Positions 8,401 through 17,062 of a DNA stretch of 27,457 bases are shown piece after piece. Each line of letters starts with the position of its first letter. The first letter of the stretch is position 1. The position numbers were made by a program, and so were the translations under genes. Origin of the DNA: a virus. Taxonomy: Duplodnaviria; Caudoviricetes. The notes under the pieces were generated by a model. The model searched no databases. It was not told the DNA's origin and worked only from the letters and a program-made list of their open reading frames with translations. Location: the IMG/VR virus record IMGVR_UViG_3300049015_000057, positions 1-27,457 of that record; one strand, given 5' to 3'.

Positions 8401-9790
8401 GGTTTGATCTCCCCTTGATGCGGCCAGCGAAGGGGCGATTTACTTCGACCTCCTCCTGCGTGGGTTCGCGACCTGCGAAGTTGACGAAGCGGGCGAACTG
8501 CCCTTGCCGTTGAACCAGGCACGATCCAGCCGGTGCCTGCCGCCCTTTATCCAGGATCAGTTCGGAGACACCCTGCTCCCCCATTTCCGACTCGGGATCG
8601 TGATGAACCAGGATCACCGCGTCGGCGTCTTGCTCGATCTGTCCGGAGTCGCGAAGGTCACTGGCCTGTGGCTTTTTCCCTGGCCGGCTGGCCGGGTTTC
8701 GATTGAGTTGCGCCAGCACCAGCACCGGGACGCCTAGTTCCTTGCTGAGGTTTTTCATGGCGATCGATATTTTGCCGATGGCCTCACCTCGGTTTTGCGT
8801 CTTGCCGTCGGCGCCCACCAATCCCAAATAGTCCACCATCAGGATGTCGAGGCCGATCTCTCGCTGAAGCTTTAGGGCTTCGGATCGAATGGCGGACATC
8901 GTCAGCCCTGGGGTGTCGTTCAGGTACAGCTTGGCGCCGTTGATTTTTCCGGCGGCAACGCCAATGCGATCCCACTCGTCCCGCTCAAGACACTTCACCT
9001 CCTCCATTCGGCGAAGATCTATGCCGCCCTGGGAAGCGATGGTGCGGACAGTCAGTTCTTCCTCGCCCATTTCCAGGCTGATGATCAGGCCCACTCCTTG
9101 CCCACGGATGGCAACATGATTGACGATCTGCAACCCGAGCATGGTTTTGCCGCCGCCTGGCCTCCCGCCGATCACCACCATGGATTTTGGCCGAAGGAAC
9201 CCAATCAACTTGTCCAGATCAGCCAGTCCGGTGGACAACTTCGGCGGTGCCCGGTCGTTGAGCACATCGTCCATGTTGCTCAGCACCTTGGGCAGCACGT
9301 CAGCCATCAGCTTGTATCCGGCCTTGCCTCCGCTCTGTAAGTCGCGAAGATCGACCAGGGCCTGCTGGCATTGCGTGATGATCTCCGAGGCAGGAAGACC
9401 GGCCTGGAACCCATCGACGGCGATGTTGCCGACGCCGATGAATTGCCTGATCACCGCCCACTGCTTCACATGGTCGGCGTAAGCCTTCCAGTTGGCGGTG
9501 GATGGAACGTCCCTGCTCAAGGTCGCGGCGTAGGCCATCGTGGATTGTCCGCTGGGCAGTGACCGCTGGATTGATCCAACAGTCACCGCATCAACGGGCA
9601 TTTTCTGGGCAAGACAGTCATGGATGACATCGAACAGCGCGGCGTTGTCCTCATGATGAAAGTCGGCGGACTTCACCTGCGAGACAATTTCGTCGACCAG
9701 CGCCGAATCGCCCTGAAGCGATGCCCGCATGATCGCACCGAGCACCCCGTATTCAGCCTCGGGCAGGTAATACTCTCGCTCCTGGCTCAT
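8393..9790 (-). CDS. dnaB: Replicative DNA helicase, DnaB family (phage-encoded)
   Basis: Walker A GRPGGGKT, SLEM, MVDYLGL, LAQLNR, SDLRDSGQIEQDAD; start 9790 via ATGA overlap. Confidence 0.95.
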   Translation of the reverse strand: MSQEREYYLPEAEYGVLGAIMRASLQGDSALVDEIVSQVKSADFHHEDNAALFDVIHDCLAQKMPVDAVTVGSIQRSLPSGQSTMAYAATLSRDVPSTANWKAYADHVKQWAVIRQFIGVGNIAVDGFQAGLPASEIITQCQQALVDLRDLQSGGKAGYKLMADVLPKVLSNMDDVLNDRAPPKLSTGLADLDKLIGFLRPKSMVVIGGRPGGGKTMLGLQIVNHVAIRGQGVGLIISLEMGEEELTVRTIASQGGIDLRRMEEVKCLERDEWDRIGVAAGKINGAKLYLNDTPGLTMSAIRSEALKLQREIGLDILMVDYLGLVGADGKTQNRGEAIGKISIAMKNLSKELGVPVLVLAQLNRNPASRPGKKPQASDLRDSGQIEQDADAVILVHHDPESEMGEQGVSELILDKGRQAPAGSCLVQRQGQFARFVNFAGREPTQEEVEVNRPFAGRIKGRSNHE

Positions 9791-10617
9791 GCGCGCCCCC
9801 TTGCCGAAGCCCACGTGAAGCCGACCAGCAACGCCCCATTTTCCCGAAGTCGATCCAACGCACGGGCGCCGATGTATTGCTCGAGGCTTGGAGCGTGCTT
9901 TCCGTCCGCGTCCTGTTTCGTTCTTGCAGGGAGATTGGAGACCACCACCGTCGGCCGCACCAGGTTGTACCGCCGATCAAACACCTCGTGCAGGACGCCC
10001 AGTTCGTACTGAGTGCCCGCCTGGGCGCCGACCTCATCAATCACCAGCAGATCGAAACTCGCCAACTCATTGATCACGTCGCCTTCGGTGTACCCGGCAT
10101 CCCTGCCCATCAAGCGCTTGAACACCCGAATGATCTCGGCGGCGGTGGTGATCACCGCCACGGCCCGGTGCTGCCGAATGACGTGCTGGACGATGCCGCT
10201 GGCCAGGTGCGTCTTGCCGTTGCCGATGTTGCCGCACAGAAGCAGGTTGCGACCGGCCTGGAAGTGCTCGCCGAAGTTGTCGGCATAGCCCTGGCACGTT
10301 TCCAGCGCCAGGGTCATGGCTGGTGTCTCGGCGCGGTAATTCGCGAAGGTGCTTTCCGCAAACCGCGGCGTGATCCCAGAGCCCACCAGCGCGCTGTTGA
10401 CGCTTTCGGCTTGCAGGTTAGCCAACGCCTGCGAATGTTCGTCGCTTCCCCGTGACGCTACGCGCAGGCCGTGGAACTGGCATTGCTTGCATGGTCGGAC
10501 AGTCATAGAGCCGTCGAACTGCTCAACCTCGGAGCGTGCGATAGAGCCGTGGACCGGGCACTCACCGGCAAAGATGCGCTGCTCGGGATCGCGGCGGAAA
10601 TTAGAACGCTGGCTCAT
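9787..10617 (-). CDS. DnaC/IstB-like AAA+ helicase loader
   Basis: Zn motif CPVH...CKQC, Walker A GNIGNGKT, Walker B LLVIDEVG, VVSN, RALDRL; SD GGAGG before ATG 10617. Confidence 0.92.
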   Translation of the reverse strand: MSQRSNFRRDPEQRIFAGECPVHGSIARSEVEQFDGSMTVRPCKQCQFHGLRVASRGSDEHSQALANLQAESVNSALVGSGITPRFAESTFANYRAETPAMTLALETCQGYADNFGEHFQAGRNLLLCGNIGNGKTHLASGIVQHVIRQHRAVAVITTAAEIIRVFKRLMGRDAGYTEGDVINELASFDLLVIDEVGAQAGTQYELGVLHEVFDRRYNLVRPTVVVSNLPARTKQDADGKHAPSLEQYIGARALDRLRENGALLVGFTWASARGRA

Positions 10618-11389
10618 TGCCGCCTCCTTGGTACATGTCTTCGGTGTGCACGGGCAGATTGGTGTATGCCGGCGCTTTACCGTTCTTGGCTGCAGCACCT
10701 GGCAGAACCGAATCCGGGTAGATGTCGGTCCAGGAGTTGGTGGTGGAGTTATCCAGGACGGCGTCAGGCTCCGGATGGCTGGCCAGCTTCTTGGCGATCA
10801 GTTGGCAGGCACGCTCGGTCAAGTCCTTGCGCTTGGATTTGCGCATTTCACAGAACCCAGCCCATGCTTCTGCTGAAACGTTTGCCGGTTTTGCGGAGAG
10901 AGGGTCGAACTTCGAAGTCCTAGGCTTTCCAGAAGCCTTTTTCCCATTGCCTGGAGCGGTAGCGGAAGGGGTCTTGATTACCCTCAATGTATTACTCAGT
11001 AATGTATTACTCCCCTGCGTGTTTTCCGAAGGGGGTTCACCGTCTTTTCCGAAGGGGTTCGAAGTGTTCTCCGAAGGGGTATTCGGTTTTCCGAAGGGGT
11101 GGATCAGTCGAATCCTTCGCTCGACCACACGCACGCCGTCTCGGATCTGCTCAACCGATACCAACCGCTTTTCGGCAAGGCCGCTGATGATCTCAGACAC
11201 CCTGGATATCGACAGATCAAAGAACTCGGCGAACTTGGCGTTGCTGGCATAGCAACCCCTTTCGTCGTCCTCAAGACTGCCGATTTCCACCAGCATGACC
11301 TTCTCGGTGATTGATAGCGTCCGGTCCTTCCAAAGCTCGGCCGGAATCCAGACCCCTTGAAACTTGCGCAGAATGTCAGGGCTGGTCAT
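10601..11389 (-). CDS. Phage replication initiator (N-terminal HTH)
   Basis: FQGVWIP, GCYASNAKFAEFFDLSISRVSEII HTH; internal iterons; precedes dnaC-like gene. Confidence 0.88.
   Translation of the reverse strand: MTSPDILRKFQGVWIPAELWKDRTLSITEKVMLVEIGSLEDDERGCYASNAKFAEFFDLSISRVSEIISGLAEKRLVSVEQIRDGVRVVERRIRLIHPFGKPNTPSENTSNPFGKDGEPPSENTQGSNTLLSNTLRVIKTPSATAPGNGKKASGKPRTSKFDPLSAKPANVSAEAWAGFCEMRKSKRKDLTERACQLIAKKLASHPEPDAVLDNSTTNSWTDIYPDSVLPGAAAKNGKAPAYTNLPVHTEDMYQGGGNEPAF
10986..11099. repeat. Replication origin: four iterons plus AT-rich repeat
   Basis: TCCGAAGGGG at 11025, 11048, 11070, 11090; AATGTATTACTC at 10986 and 11001; inside the initiator gene as in lambda O. Confidence 0.85.
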
Positions 11390-11622
11390 ATGTCCAACTC
11401 CCGCGTTACACGGCGTACAAAGTCGTCATAGGCCTCAGCCATGACGAAGCCCGCCTGCTCCAGCATCTCGCGATGGGCCTTGGCGCCGCTGTACATCAGC
11501 CAGCGCTTCTGTTCCGGCAGATCGGCGAACGCCGTGTAGGTGGGCCATGGGCCAACGATCACCGGTGCCGCGGTGAGCAAACTACCCGGATTTTGGGTAG
11601 TTGATTCCATGAGAGTCGTCAT
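11386..11622 (-). CDS. Phage hypothetical protein (78 aa)
   Basis: ATGA-type overlaps with both neighbours; SD GGAG; start MTTLMES. Confidence 0.72.
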   Translation of the reverse strand: MTTLMESTTQNPGSLLTAAPVIVGPWPTYTAFADLPEQKRWLMYSGAKAHREMLEQAGFVMAEAYDDFVRRVTRELDI

Positions 11623-12212
11623 TGCAGAGTCTCCCCTGGCTTGCGGCAGATCCCGGTGCCCATGGCTTCCACTGAGCCTCCAGACAGCCGCAGCACCAGT
11701 AGGCGCAGCGCGGTTGTGGCATCGATAGAGAAGGTGCGAGCCTCGTCCAGGGCCAACGCCTGCGGTGAGTGGTCCATGATCAGAACTCGAACACGATCGC
11801 TGTAGTTGAACGCCGCGCAAGCCAGCTGTTGATCAGTCAGGCCGTCGAACGCTTCCTCAGGCAGGCACTCGGCCGGGTACACGACGACGGGGATTTTGTT
11901 TTCAGGGCGCGGCTCACCCGCCAGCAGGTGGCGGGTCATTGCCTCTTGGTGATCCTGGGCAACTTGCCTCGCATCGTGACCGGTCCTGCGCCTGAACAGC
12001 ACCTTGAGTGCGTAGTAGGCGCGATACAGGTCAATGTGCGTGTCATCCTCTTTCTCGATTGAGTATTCAGGCTCGTCGATCACGTCCATGGCGTCTTTGA
12101 CGACCTCGAAGCACTTCAGCAGCAGGGCTGCGTCTGGATACTTTTCGAAGTGCGCCTCATCGATATGCTCAACGAGCTGAGCCGGCTGGGGGAAATTCAA
12201 TATGTTTTTCAT
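11619..12212 (-). CDS. Phage hypothetical protein (197 aa)
   Basis: Start MKNILNF overlaps the Rha stop (ATGA); in operon. Confidence 0.75.
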   Translation of the reverse strand: MKNILNFPQPAQLVEHIDEAHFEKYPDAALLLKCFEVVKDAMDVIDEPEYSIEKEDDTHIDLYRAYYALKVLFRRRTGHDARQVAQDHQEAMTRHLLAGEPRPENKIPVVVYPAECLPEEAFDGLTDQQLACAAFNYSDRVRVLIMDHSPQALALDEARTFSIDATTALRLLVLRLSGGSVEAMGTGICRKPGETLQ

Positions 12213-12943
12213 GCGGGATCCCTCTGGCACAGCTTGAAGCGGCCTTGCTGAATATCGGGATGGGTGGCGCGCTCAGGCGTGACGAAGGTGCACTCGCCGG
12301 CGAACCGATCGAAGCGGCGAGTGATGTCGGCCTTGGGCCAGATCGCGTATGGCTGGGCGCCGTCGTCGGCGTGCTTGCTACGCACCATGGCGAACGGCAG
12401 AGGCGCGCCAGGGATGTCACGCATGACAGCGTTGATGACCCATTGGGGAAGCCCCAAGCGCAAGTTGATGCGCTCACGGATTGAGGTCATCGACTCGAAG
12501 CCGGCCGGTCTGGAGTCCAGGTAGCGTACCTGCTCAACATTGGCTACCCGGGTTTCGATCCGCTCCAGCGCGACCTGCTGCTCACGCTGCTGGCGCTCGA
12601 CGGCCACCAGATGGTTCGCGTTGGCGGCAGTGATCTCGGCCTGGGTCATGGGGCGAGCGACCTGATCTTCCAGGGCCTGCCACCGGTCAACCAACGCGGC
12701 CGTGAACTCAGGGCTTAGCTGGGCGACCACCACAAAGCTGTCACGCTTGCACACTTGGTACTGCTCGACCGTCTGGCCGAGGTGGTTTTTAACTTCCTCA
12801 ATTTGAGGGAGTTGAATGGTTTTGCGCTCAACCAGCGTTTCGATGGTCCGCTTCACGTTGTCGTGACGCTTGCCCACCAGTTCGGCAATCTCTTGCGAAG
12901 ACATGGTGACGGCATCGCCACCTTGGAATTTGGCGATGGTCAT
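12209..12943 (-). CDS. Rha-family phage regulatory protein
   Basis: TMSSQEIAELVGKRHDNVKRTIE...LSPEFTAALVDRWQALE is the Rha/pRha signature. Confidence 0.88.
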   Translation of the reverse strand: MTIAKFQGGDAVTMSSQEIAELVGKRHDNVKRTIETLVERKTIQLPQIEEVKNHLGQTVEQYQVCKRDSFVVVAQLSPEFTAALVDRWQALEDQVARPMTQAEITAANANHLVAVERQQREQQVALERIETRVANVEQVRYLDSRPAGFESMTSIRERINLRLGLPQWVINAVMRDIPGAPLPFAMVRSKHADDGAQPYAIWPKADITRRFDRFAGECTFVTPERATHPDIQQGRFKLCQRDPA

Positions 12944-13236
12944 AGGCTGCCCCCCACATCGATAGCGTCATGAGCGGCTCCAGCGTGCCGATGCGGCCAA
13001 AGGAAGTTTCGGCTCCGAAAAGTCACCATTTCGATATGGCGCTCAATTTCGGTAGCGAGTGGATGACCCCACCCACCGAGGGCCGGCACAACCTGAGCGA
13101 GCAGAATCGACCTCAGGTCATTGAAAGCAGCCCGCGCCTCGTTCATGCGGGCTATGTCCTCCGCACTCAGCACCGCGTCTCGCAGGACCTCGCCTTCAAT
13201 TGAAATCACAGCCAGCTGCGTCTTGGGATTATTCAT
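12940..13236 (-). CDS. Phage hypothetical protein (98 aa)
   Basis: Coupled start/stop overlaps; SD GGAGG. Confidence 0.7.
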   Translation of the reverse strand: MNNPKTQLAVISIEGEVLRDAVLSAEDIARMNEARAAFNDLRSILLAQVVPALGGWGHPLATEIERHIEMVTFRSRNFLWPHRHAGAAHDAIDVGGSL

Positions 13237-13535
13237 TAAGAAGTCCTCCCGCCAGAAGCGTGCGACACGTTTTGGCCGTCCGCGGTTTGTGTCGCGAGTT
13301 CCTGTTTCTCAAGGATGTCGATCAGTTCGCTGTTGCGGTTCATCATTTCGCCGGCAACCTGACGCAGACCGGTGACGAGGCCGCCAACGACGTACCCGTC
13401 GAGCGCCTTCTCACAAAGGCACGGATCGTAGGTACCCACTATGTCGATGAACTTGGCCAGCGCGTCCACGAAATAGGCCGCGTCATGATTCGCCTGGGCT
13501 TCGGCTTTGCAGCGGGAGATGGTCAGCGCGCTCAT
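13236..13535 (-). CDS. Phage hypothetical protein (99 aa)
   Basis: Coupled start/stop overlaps in early-right operon. Confidence 0.7.
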   Translation of the reverse strand: MSALTISRCKAEAQANHDAAYFVDALAKFIDIVGTYDPCLCEKALDGYVVGGLVTGLRQVAGEMMNRNSELIDILEKQELATQTADGQNVSHASGGRTS

Positions 13536-13864
13536 TGTTCACCCCCGGCTTCCAGTGAGGACTCCGCGCCCTTCTGAACCGACCAGACCAACGCACTGAC
13601 CGTTTCAGCCAGAAAGCCCAGCGCTGCCATGCCGTCGCAATAAGCAATCTCGCCCATGTTCAGGCTGTCGTGCATATGGCGGCAGATCTGTCCCAGTCCA
13701 GACGACAGGACTTTGGCGGTTTGGATTGCATCCTCCGCGTTAGTGCCGGCTGCGACGTTGAGCAGTTGGATGCCTCGGCTGTCTATAGGGGTATCGCAAA
13801 AGCCAACGAGTCCTGTAAGCAATGCTTGCGATGCAAGTGGGTTGCTGCTATTTTTTGGGTGCAT
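13532..13864 (-). CDS. DUF3077-like protein
   Basis: LLNVAAGTNAEDA...ALGFLAETVSALVWSV pattern typical of this Pseudomonas family; SD GGAGG before ATG 13864. Confidence 0.7.
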   Translation of the reverse strand: MHPKNSSNPLASQALLTGLVGFCDTPIDSRGIQLLNVAAGTNAEDAIQTAKVLSSGLGQICRHMHDSLNMGEIAYCDGMAALGFLAETVSALVWSVQKGAESSLEAGGEQ

Positions 13865-13925
13865 GAAATCGTCCTCCACAGACGAAGTAGTACCTAGGCG
13901 CTTGCGTCAACAAGTGCCGATTGAG

Positions 13926-13949
13926 AACCCGCTGCCAGGCGGGTTTTTT
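13926..13949 (+). terminator. Intrinsic terminator, T-tract on the plus (antisense) strand
   Basis: AACCCGC-TGCCAG-GCGGGTTTTTT. Confidence 0.7.
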
Positions 13950-14142
13950 GCTTTTTGGCTTATGCCATAAGCAGAGTTTGAGTAGGCGCGCTATCAGGGC
14001 GGTCCTGTTGTTGGTAGCTCTGGTGCGCCTGCGTGCTTCATTCTTGAATTCCTTTCACTGGGGTTATATCCAGTTCGCATAGGATACTTCAGGTATCCAG
14101 CCAAACCACAACCAGGCCTGCGCATCGGAGGAACACAACTCG

Positions 14143-14337
14143 TTAGCGTCCTGGAAACTTGCTGATTTCTTTTGCCGATGCCATGCCGTCTGCTGCTAGT
14201 TCCACAAAAATGTTCCTACCTGCTGCGATAGCTTTCGACAAAGCGGGGCCGGTGCAGCCCAGCTCCAACGCTGCCAGCTTCCGTCCCTTGCGCGCGATGA
14301 AATCTTGAAGTGGGATGACGCTCAATACGGGAGTCAT
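14143..14337 (-). CDS. Lambda-Cro-like regulator (alpha+beta type)
   Basis: IPLQDF..A..LG....ALSKAIAAGRNIFV....DG..SAKEISKFP aligns with lambda Cro (ITLKDY...AINKAIHAGRKIFL...DGSVYAEEVKPFP). Confidence 0.85.
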   Translation of the reverse strand: MTPVLSVIPLQDFIARKGRKLAALELGCTGPALSKAIAAGRNIFVELAADGMASAKEISKFPGR

Positions 14338-14654
14338 TGACCTGCCTGCTGGGCACTGGACATGCGAACAGGTACATCTGGCGCTGAACTCACAGTACTC
14401 ATCGGCGTATGATCTTGGTCATGGCTGAGCAGTTGGTACGCGGAAGCCGAGGCATCTTTCAGCCATCCGGCTGTAAACTCGCCAGAAGAGCCTTTTGCAA
14501 GATTTTCAGCGTGGCGAGTCTCTCCGGTGTATTCGGTCCTAGGTAACTTGCCTGCCGCAACCCACTTGTTGATCGCTCGAGCAGACACGCCACAAAGCCT
14601 TGCCGCAGCGGAGACGCCGCCAACCGCGGTGATAGCGCGTTTAATCGGGTTCAT
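14334..14654 (-). CDS. cro: Cro-like HTH regulator (P22-Cro/YdaS-like), first gene from pR
   Basis: IKRAITAVGGVSAAARLCGVSARAINKW HTH; divergent from cI. Confidence 0.82.
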   Translation of the reverse strand: MNPIKRAITAVGGVSAAARLCGVSARAINKWVAAGKLPRTEYTGETRHAENLAKGSSGEFTAGWLKDASASAYQLLSHDQDHTPMSTVSSAPDVPVRMSSAQQAGQ

Positions 14655-14669
14655 GATTGGTACCAATTA

Positions 14670-14739
14670 GGACTGTTGGTACGCACTGTAAAAAGGACTG
14701 ACAGAGCGGTCAAGTAGAGGCAAAATGGACCTATGGTAC
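14670..14739. promoter_or_regulatory. Putative right operators
   Basis: GGACTGTTGGTAC (14670-14682) and GGACCTATGGTAC (14727-14739); same motif recurs at the left promoter. Confidence 0.7.
14685..14713 (-). promoter_or_regulatory. pR-like sigma70 promoter
   Basis: TTGACC-N17-TACAGT upstream of cro. Confidence 0.8.
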
Positions 14740-15572
14740 TTAAAGAACAGTTTGCAGAACGATTACTCCAATCGATGCGCGACGCAGGTTTCGTCGGGCA
14801 CGGTAGCGCTGCGCGCTTGGCGAGAGAACTTAGCGTCACCCCGAAAGCAGCAGCCAAGTGGATTCAGGGCGACTCAATGCCAACATTCGAAAGGATCGCT
14901 AAGATCGCCGGCGTCTTGCACGTTGATCCGGAATGGTTGCTGTGGGGTCACGATACCGATATCAGCACCAACGGGATTGTCGGCGGAATACCAGTCGTCT
15001 CTCGCCCAATGCAAACGATGATCCTCAGCAAAAACGGCGAATTCAAAAGCCTCAGAGAGCTTGGTGGCGACAAGAAAGACGCGGCACATCGTGGGGACTT
15101 AACTACACACCTGGATGATCCGGGCGATGAGGCATTGCAAGGGCAGGAAGAGATTGAAGTCCCTTTTCTTGGTGAAGTAGAGCTTTCCGCTGGCAGTAGC
15201 CGTACAGCGATTAAAGAACACAGCAGCGCTAGACTACGATTCGATAGGATGATGCTGAGAAAGCATGGTGTACAGCTTGATCAAATCGTATGCGCGCCAG
15301 TCCACGGCAATTCCATGGAGCCAGTACTCCCAGACGGAAGTACCGTAGCGATAAACAAGGGCGCCACTAGCGTCATAGATGGAAAAATATATGCGATTGC
15401 CCATGACGGTCAGCTCCGAGTGAAAACGCTGTATCGGCTGCCGGGTGGAGGGATTAGGCTTAGAAGCTTCAACCAAGCTGAGCATCCTGACGAGCTTTAT
15501 AGCCCCGAAGAAATGGTGGAACGAGACATCGTAATTCTCGGGCGCGTATTCTGGTCAGCCACATTCCACTGA
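14733..15572 (+). CDS. cI: CI-type repressor (HTH + S24 autopeptidase)
   Basis: N-terminal HTH, Ala-Gly site LSAGS, catalytic GNSMEP and LRVKTL, ILGRVFW C-terminus. Confidence 0.93.
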   Translation: MVLKEQFAERLLQSMRDAGFVGHGSAARLARELSVTPKAAAKWIQGDSMPTFERIAKIAGVLHVDPEWLLWGHDTDISTNGIVGGIPVVSRPMQTMILSKNGEFKSLRELGGDKKDAAHRGDLTTHLDDPGDEALQGQEEIEVPFLGEVELSAGSSRTAIKEHSSARLRFDRMMLRKHGVQLDQIVCAPVHGNSMEPVLPDGSTVAINKGATSVIDGKIYAIAHDGQLRVKTLYRLPGGGIRLRSFNQAEHPDELYSPEEMVERDIVILGRVFWSATFH

Positions 15573-15587
15573 AAAAAATCGGAACAT

Positions 15588-15612
15588 ATAGCGCCCAATG
15601 GCGCTATTATTT
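15588..15612 (+). terminator. Probable cI terminator
   Basis: ATAGCGCC-CAAT-GGCGCTAT followed by TATTT. Confidence 0.6.
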
Positions 15613-15624
15613 CGCCACAAAAGC

Positions 15625-15691
15625 GTACCAAAGGTACTTGACAGTACGCTTTCAAGGATCCATCCTTGGTTCACAAACGGACCACGGGTAC
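15625..15691 (+). promoter_or_regulatory. pL-like promoter with two putative operators
   Basis: TTGACA (15638)-N17-CATCCT flanked by GTACCAAAGGTAC (15625-15637) and GGACCACGGGTAC (15679-15691). Confidence 0.7.
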
Positions 15692-15695
15692 TCAA

Positions 15696-16076
15696 ATGAA
15701 CCGGACAATTCAATTTGGATCTTGGCAAGGCGTTCTCGGTAACGGTCTAGCGGAGCGCGAGCTCATATGTATTCTGGCCGTAGCTGCCGGTCACACTGAT
15801 AAGGAAATCGCCAGGCGTGACGGCCTCTCGCCACGCTCCATCAAAGGCCGCATCGAATCGGCCATGTTCAAGCTCGGCGTTTATAAACGTCCTGCTCTTG
15901 TCGCCGAAGCCATGCGCCGCGGCCTAATCAGTCCAATGATATTGGCCCTTTGCGCCATCCTCGTGGGCCAGTCAGCAATCAGTGACCACTCGCTGAACCG
16001 CATCCGCAAACCGGGCGAGCGTCGCGTCGAAACCCGCGTATCAATACGTCGAACCGAAGTCGCCCTCACCGCTTAA
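15696..16076 (+). CDS. LuxR/GerE-type HTH protein
   Basis: LAERELICILAVAAGHTDKEIARRDGLSPRSIKGRIESAMFKLGV matches the LuxR C-terminal HTH. Confidence 0.85.
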   Translation: MNRTIQFGSWQGVLGNGLAERELICILAVAAGHTDKEIARRDGLSPRSIKGRIESAMFKLGVYKRPALVAEAMRRGLISPMILALCAILVGQSAISDHSLNRIRKPGERRVETRVSIRRTEVALTA

Positions 16077-16138
16077 CCAAACTCGATCTTCGCGAAAGCC
16101 AACAACGCGGCCGGGATTCGCTCGGCCTGGAGAAAGCC

Positions 16139-16585
16139 ATGAGTACCAACCAATACGATTCGAGAACTGCAGACAAGTTTGTCGCACGGCTGCCCGATGG
16201 CCTTCGAGCGGTTGTCGAGACAGTAGCAAATGCCAGCGATCGCAGCATGAACAGCGTTTTTGTTCAGGCGGTCCGTCAGTACCTTGATGGTCAGCGGCGC
16301 CAGGAACTGTTGTTGGACGCTCTTGCCAGCGCTGCCATCCCGAAGGTGGGTGGGCCGCAGCGTCCCGGCATCCACGATTCGATGCACATTGATAATCGCG
16401 TAAGAGCGATGGCCGACCCTCGCGACCTGTTCATCGCAGCCAACCCAGTCGGCGCCACCGATGATGAGCTGACGAAGGGTCGAAGCGGATTCGTCGACGA
16501 ACGCACTCATGCGGACTACCTGATTTTCCTCGCTGGTTACCGGACAGCGATTAAGGAACCAGAAGGAACGGAGACGCAGCCATGA
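16139..16585 (+). CDS. Arc-family ribbon-helix-helix DNA-binding protein with C-terminal extension
   Basis: SRTADKFVARLPDGLR...A....RSMNS is the Arc/AmrZ signature; SD GGAG. Confidence 0.85.
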   Translation: MSTNQYDSRTADKFVARLPDGLRAVVETVANASDRSMNSVFVQAVRQYLDGQRRQELLLDALASAAIPKVGGPQRPGIHDSMHIDNRVRAMADPRDLFIAANPVGATDDELTKGRSGFVDERTHADYLIFLAGYRTAIKEPEGTETQP

Positions 16586-16782
16586 CAAATACATCGCCAG
16601 GTGGAAGTAGGATTGCTCTTCAGAATGAGTTCAGCCAACTCGGGTCTCGCCTGGTCCGCTTCTGCCAGGCGATGCAAGAGCCCAGCACCACGGTCAACGA
16701 GCTGATGCGGTTGGCCCAAGCCTGCGGAATTAATCTGAAACTGCGGGTTGTTGGCGAGTCCGGCGACAGCGCCGATCGGTGA
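16582..16782 (+). CDS. Phage hypothetical protein (66 aa)
   Basis: ATGA overlap with the Arc gene, SD GGAG. Confidence 0.68.
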   Translation: MTNTSPGGSRIALQNEFSQLGSRLVRFCQAMQEPSTTVNELMRLAQACGINLKLRVVGESGDSADR

Positions 16783-16786
16783 AGCT

Positions 16787-17062
16787 ATGCGCTATGTGAC
16801 CGTCAGGAAATTTGCCAGCGACTCTGGCTACACAGAAGACGCGATCCGCTCCAAGATCCGTGATGGAATCTGGCGGCTCGGTGAGATATGGATCAAGGCG
16901 CCGGATGGCCGGACGCTGCTCGACATAGAAGGATATGAATCATGGGTAGAGGCGGGAGGGGAGTTCGGGCAGTCTCCGATTCGAGTATCGAAATCACGTT
17001 CATGTATCGGGGCGTCCGGTGCCGCGAGCGGATCACGCTCAAGCCCACCGCCACTAACCTGA
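16787..17062 (+). CDS. xis: Excisionase
   Basis: MRYVTVRKFASDSGYTEDAIRSKIRDGIW...WIKAPDGR...YESWV; directly before and overlapping int. Confidence 0.82.
   Translation: MRYVTVRKFASDSGYTEDAIRSKIRDGIWRLGEIWIKAPDGRTLLDIEGYESWVEAGGEFGQSPIRVSKSRSCIGASGAASGSRSSPPPLT

Noticed and set aside
11025-11099. CRISPR-like repeat array
   Set aside because: Repeats are 10 bp with 10-13 bp gaps, lie inside a coding gene and have no cas genes nearby; better explained as iterons
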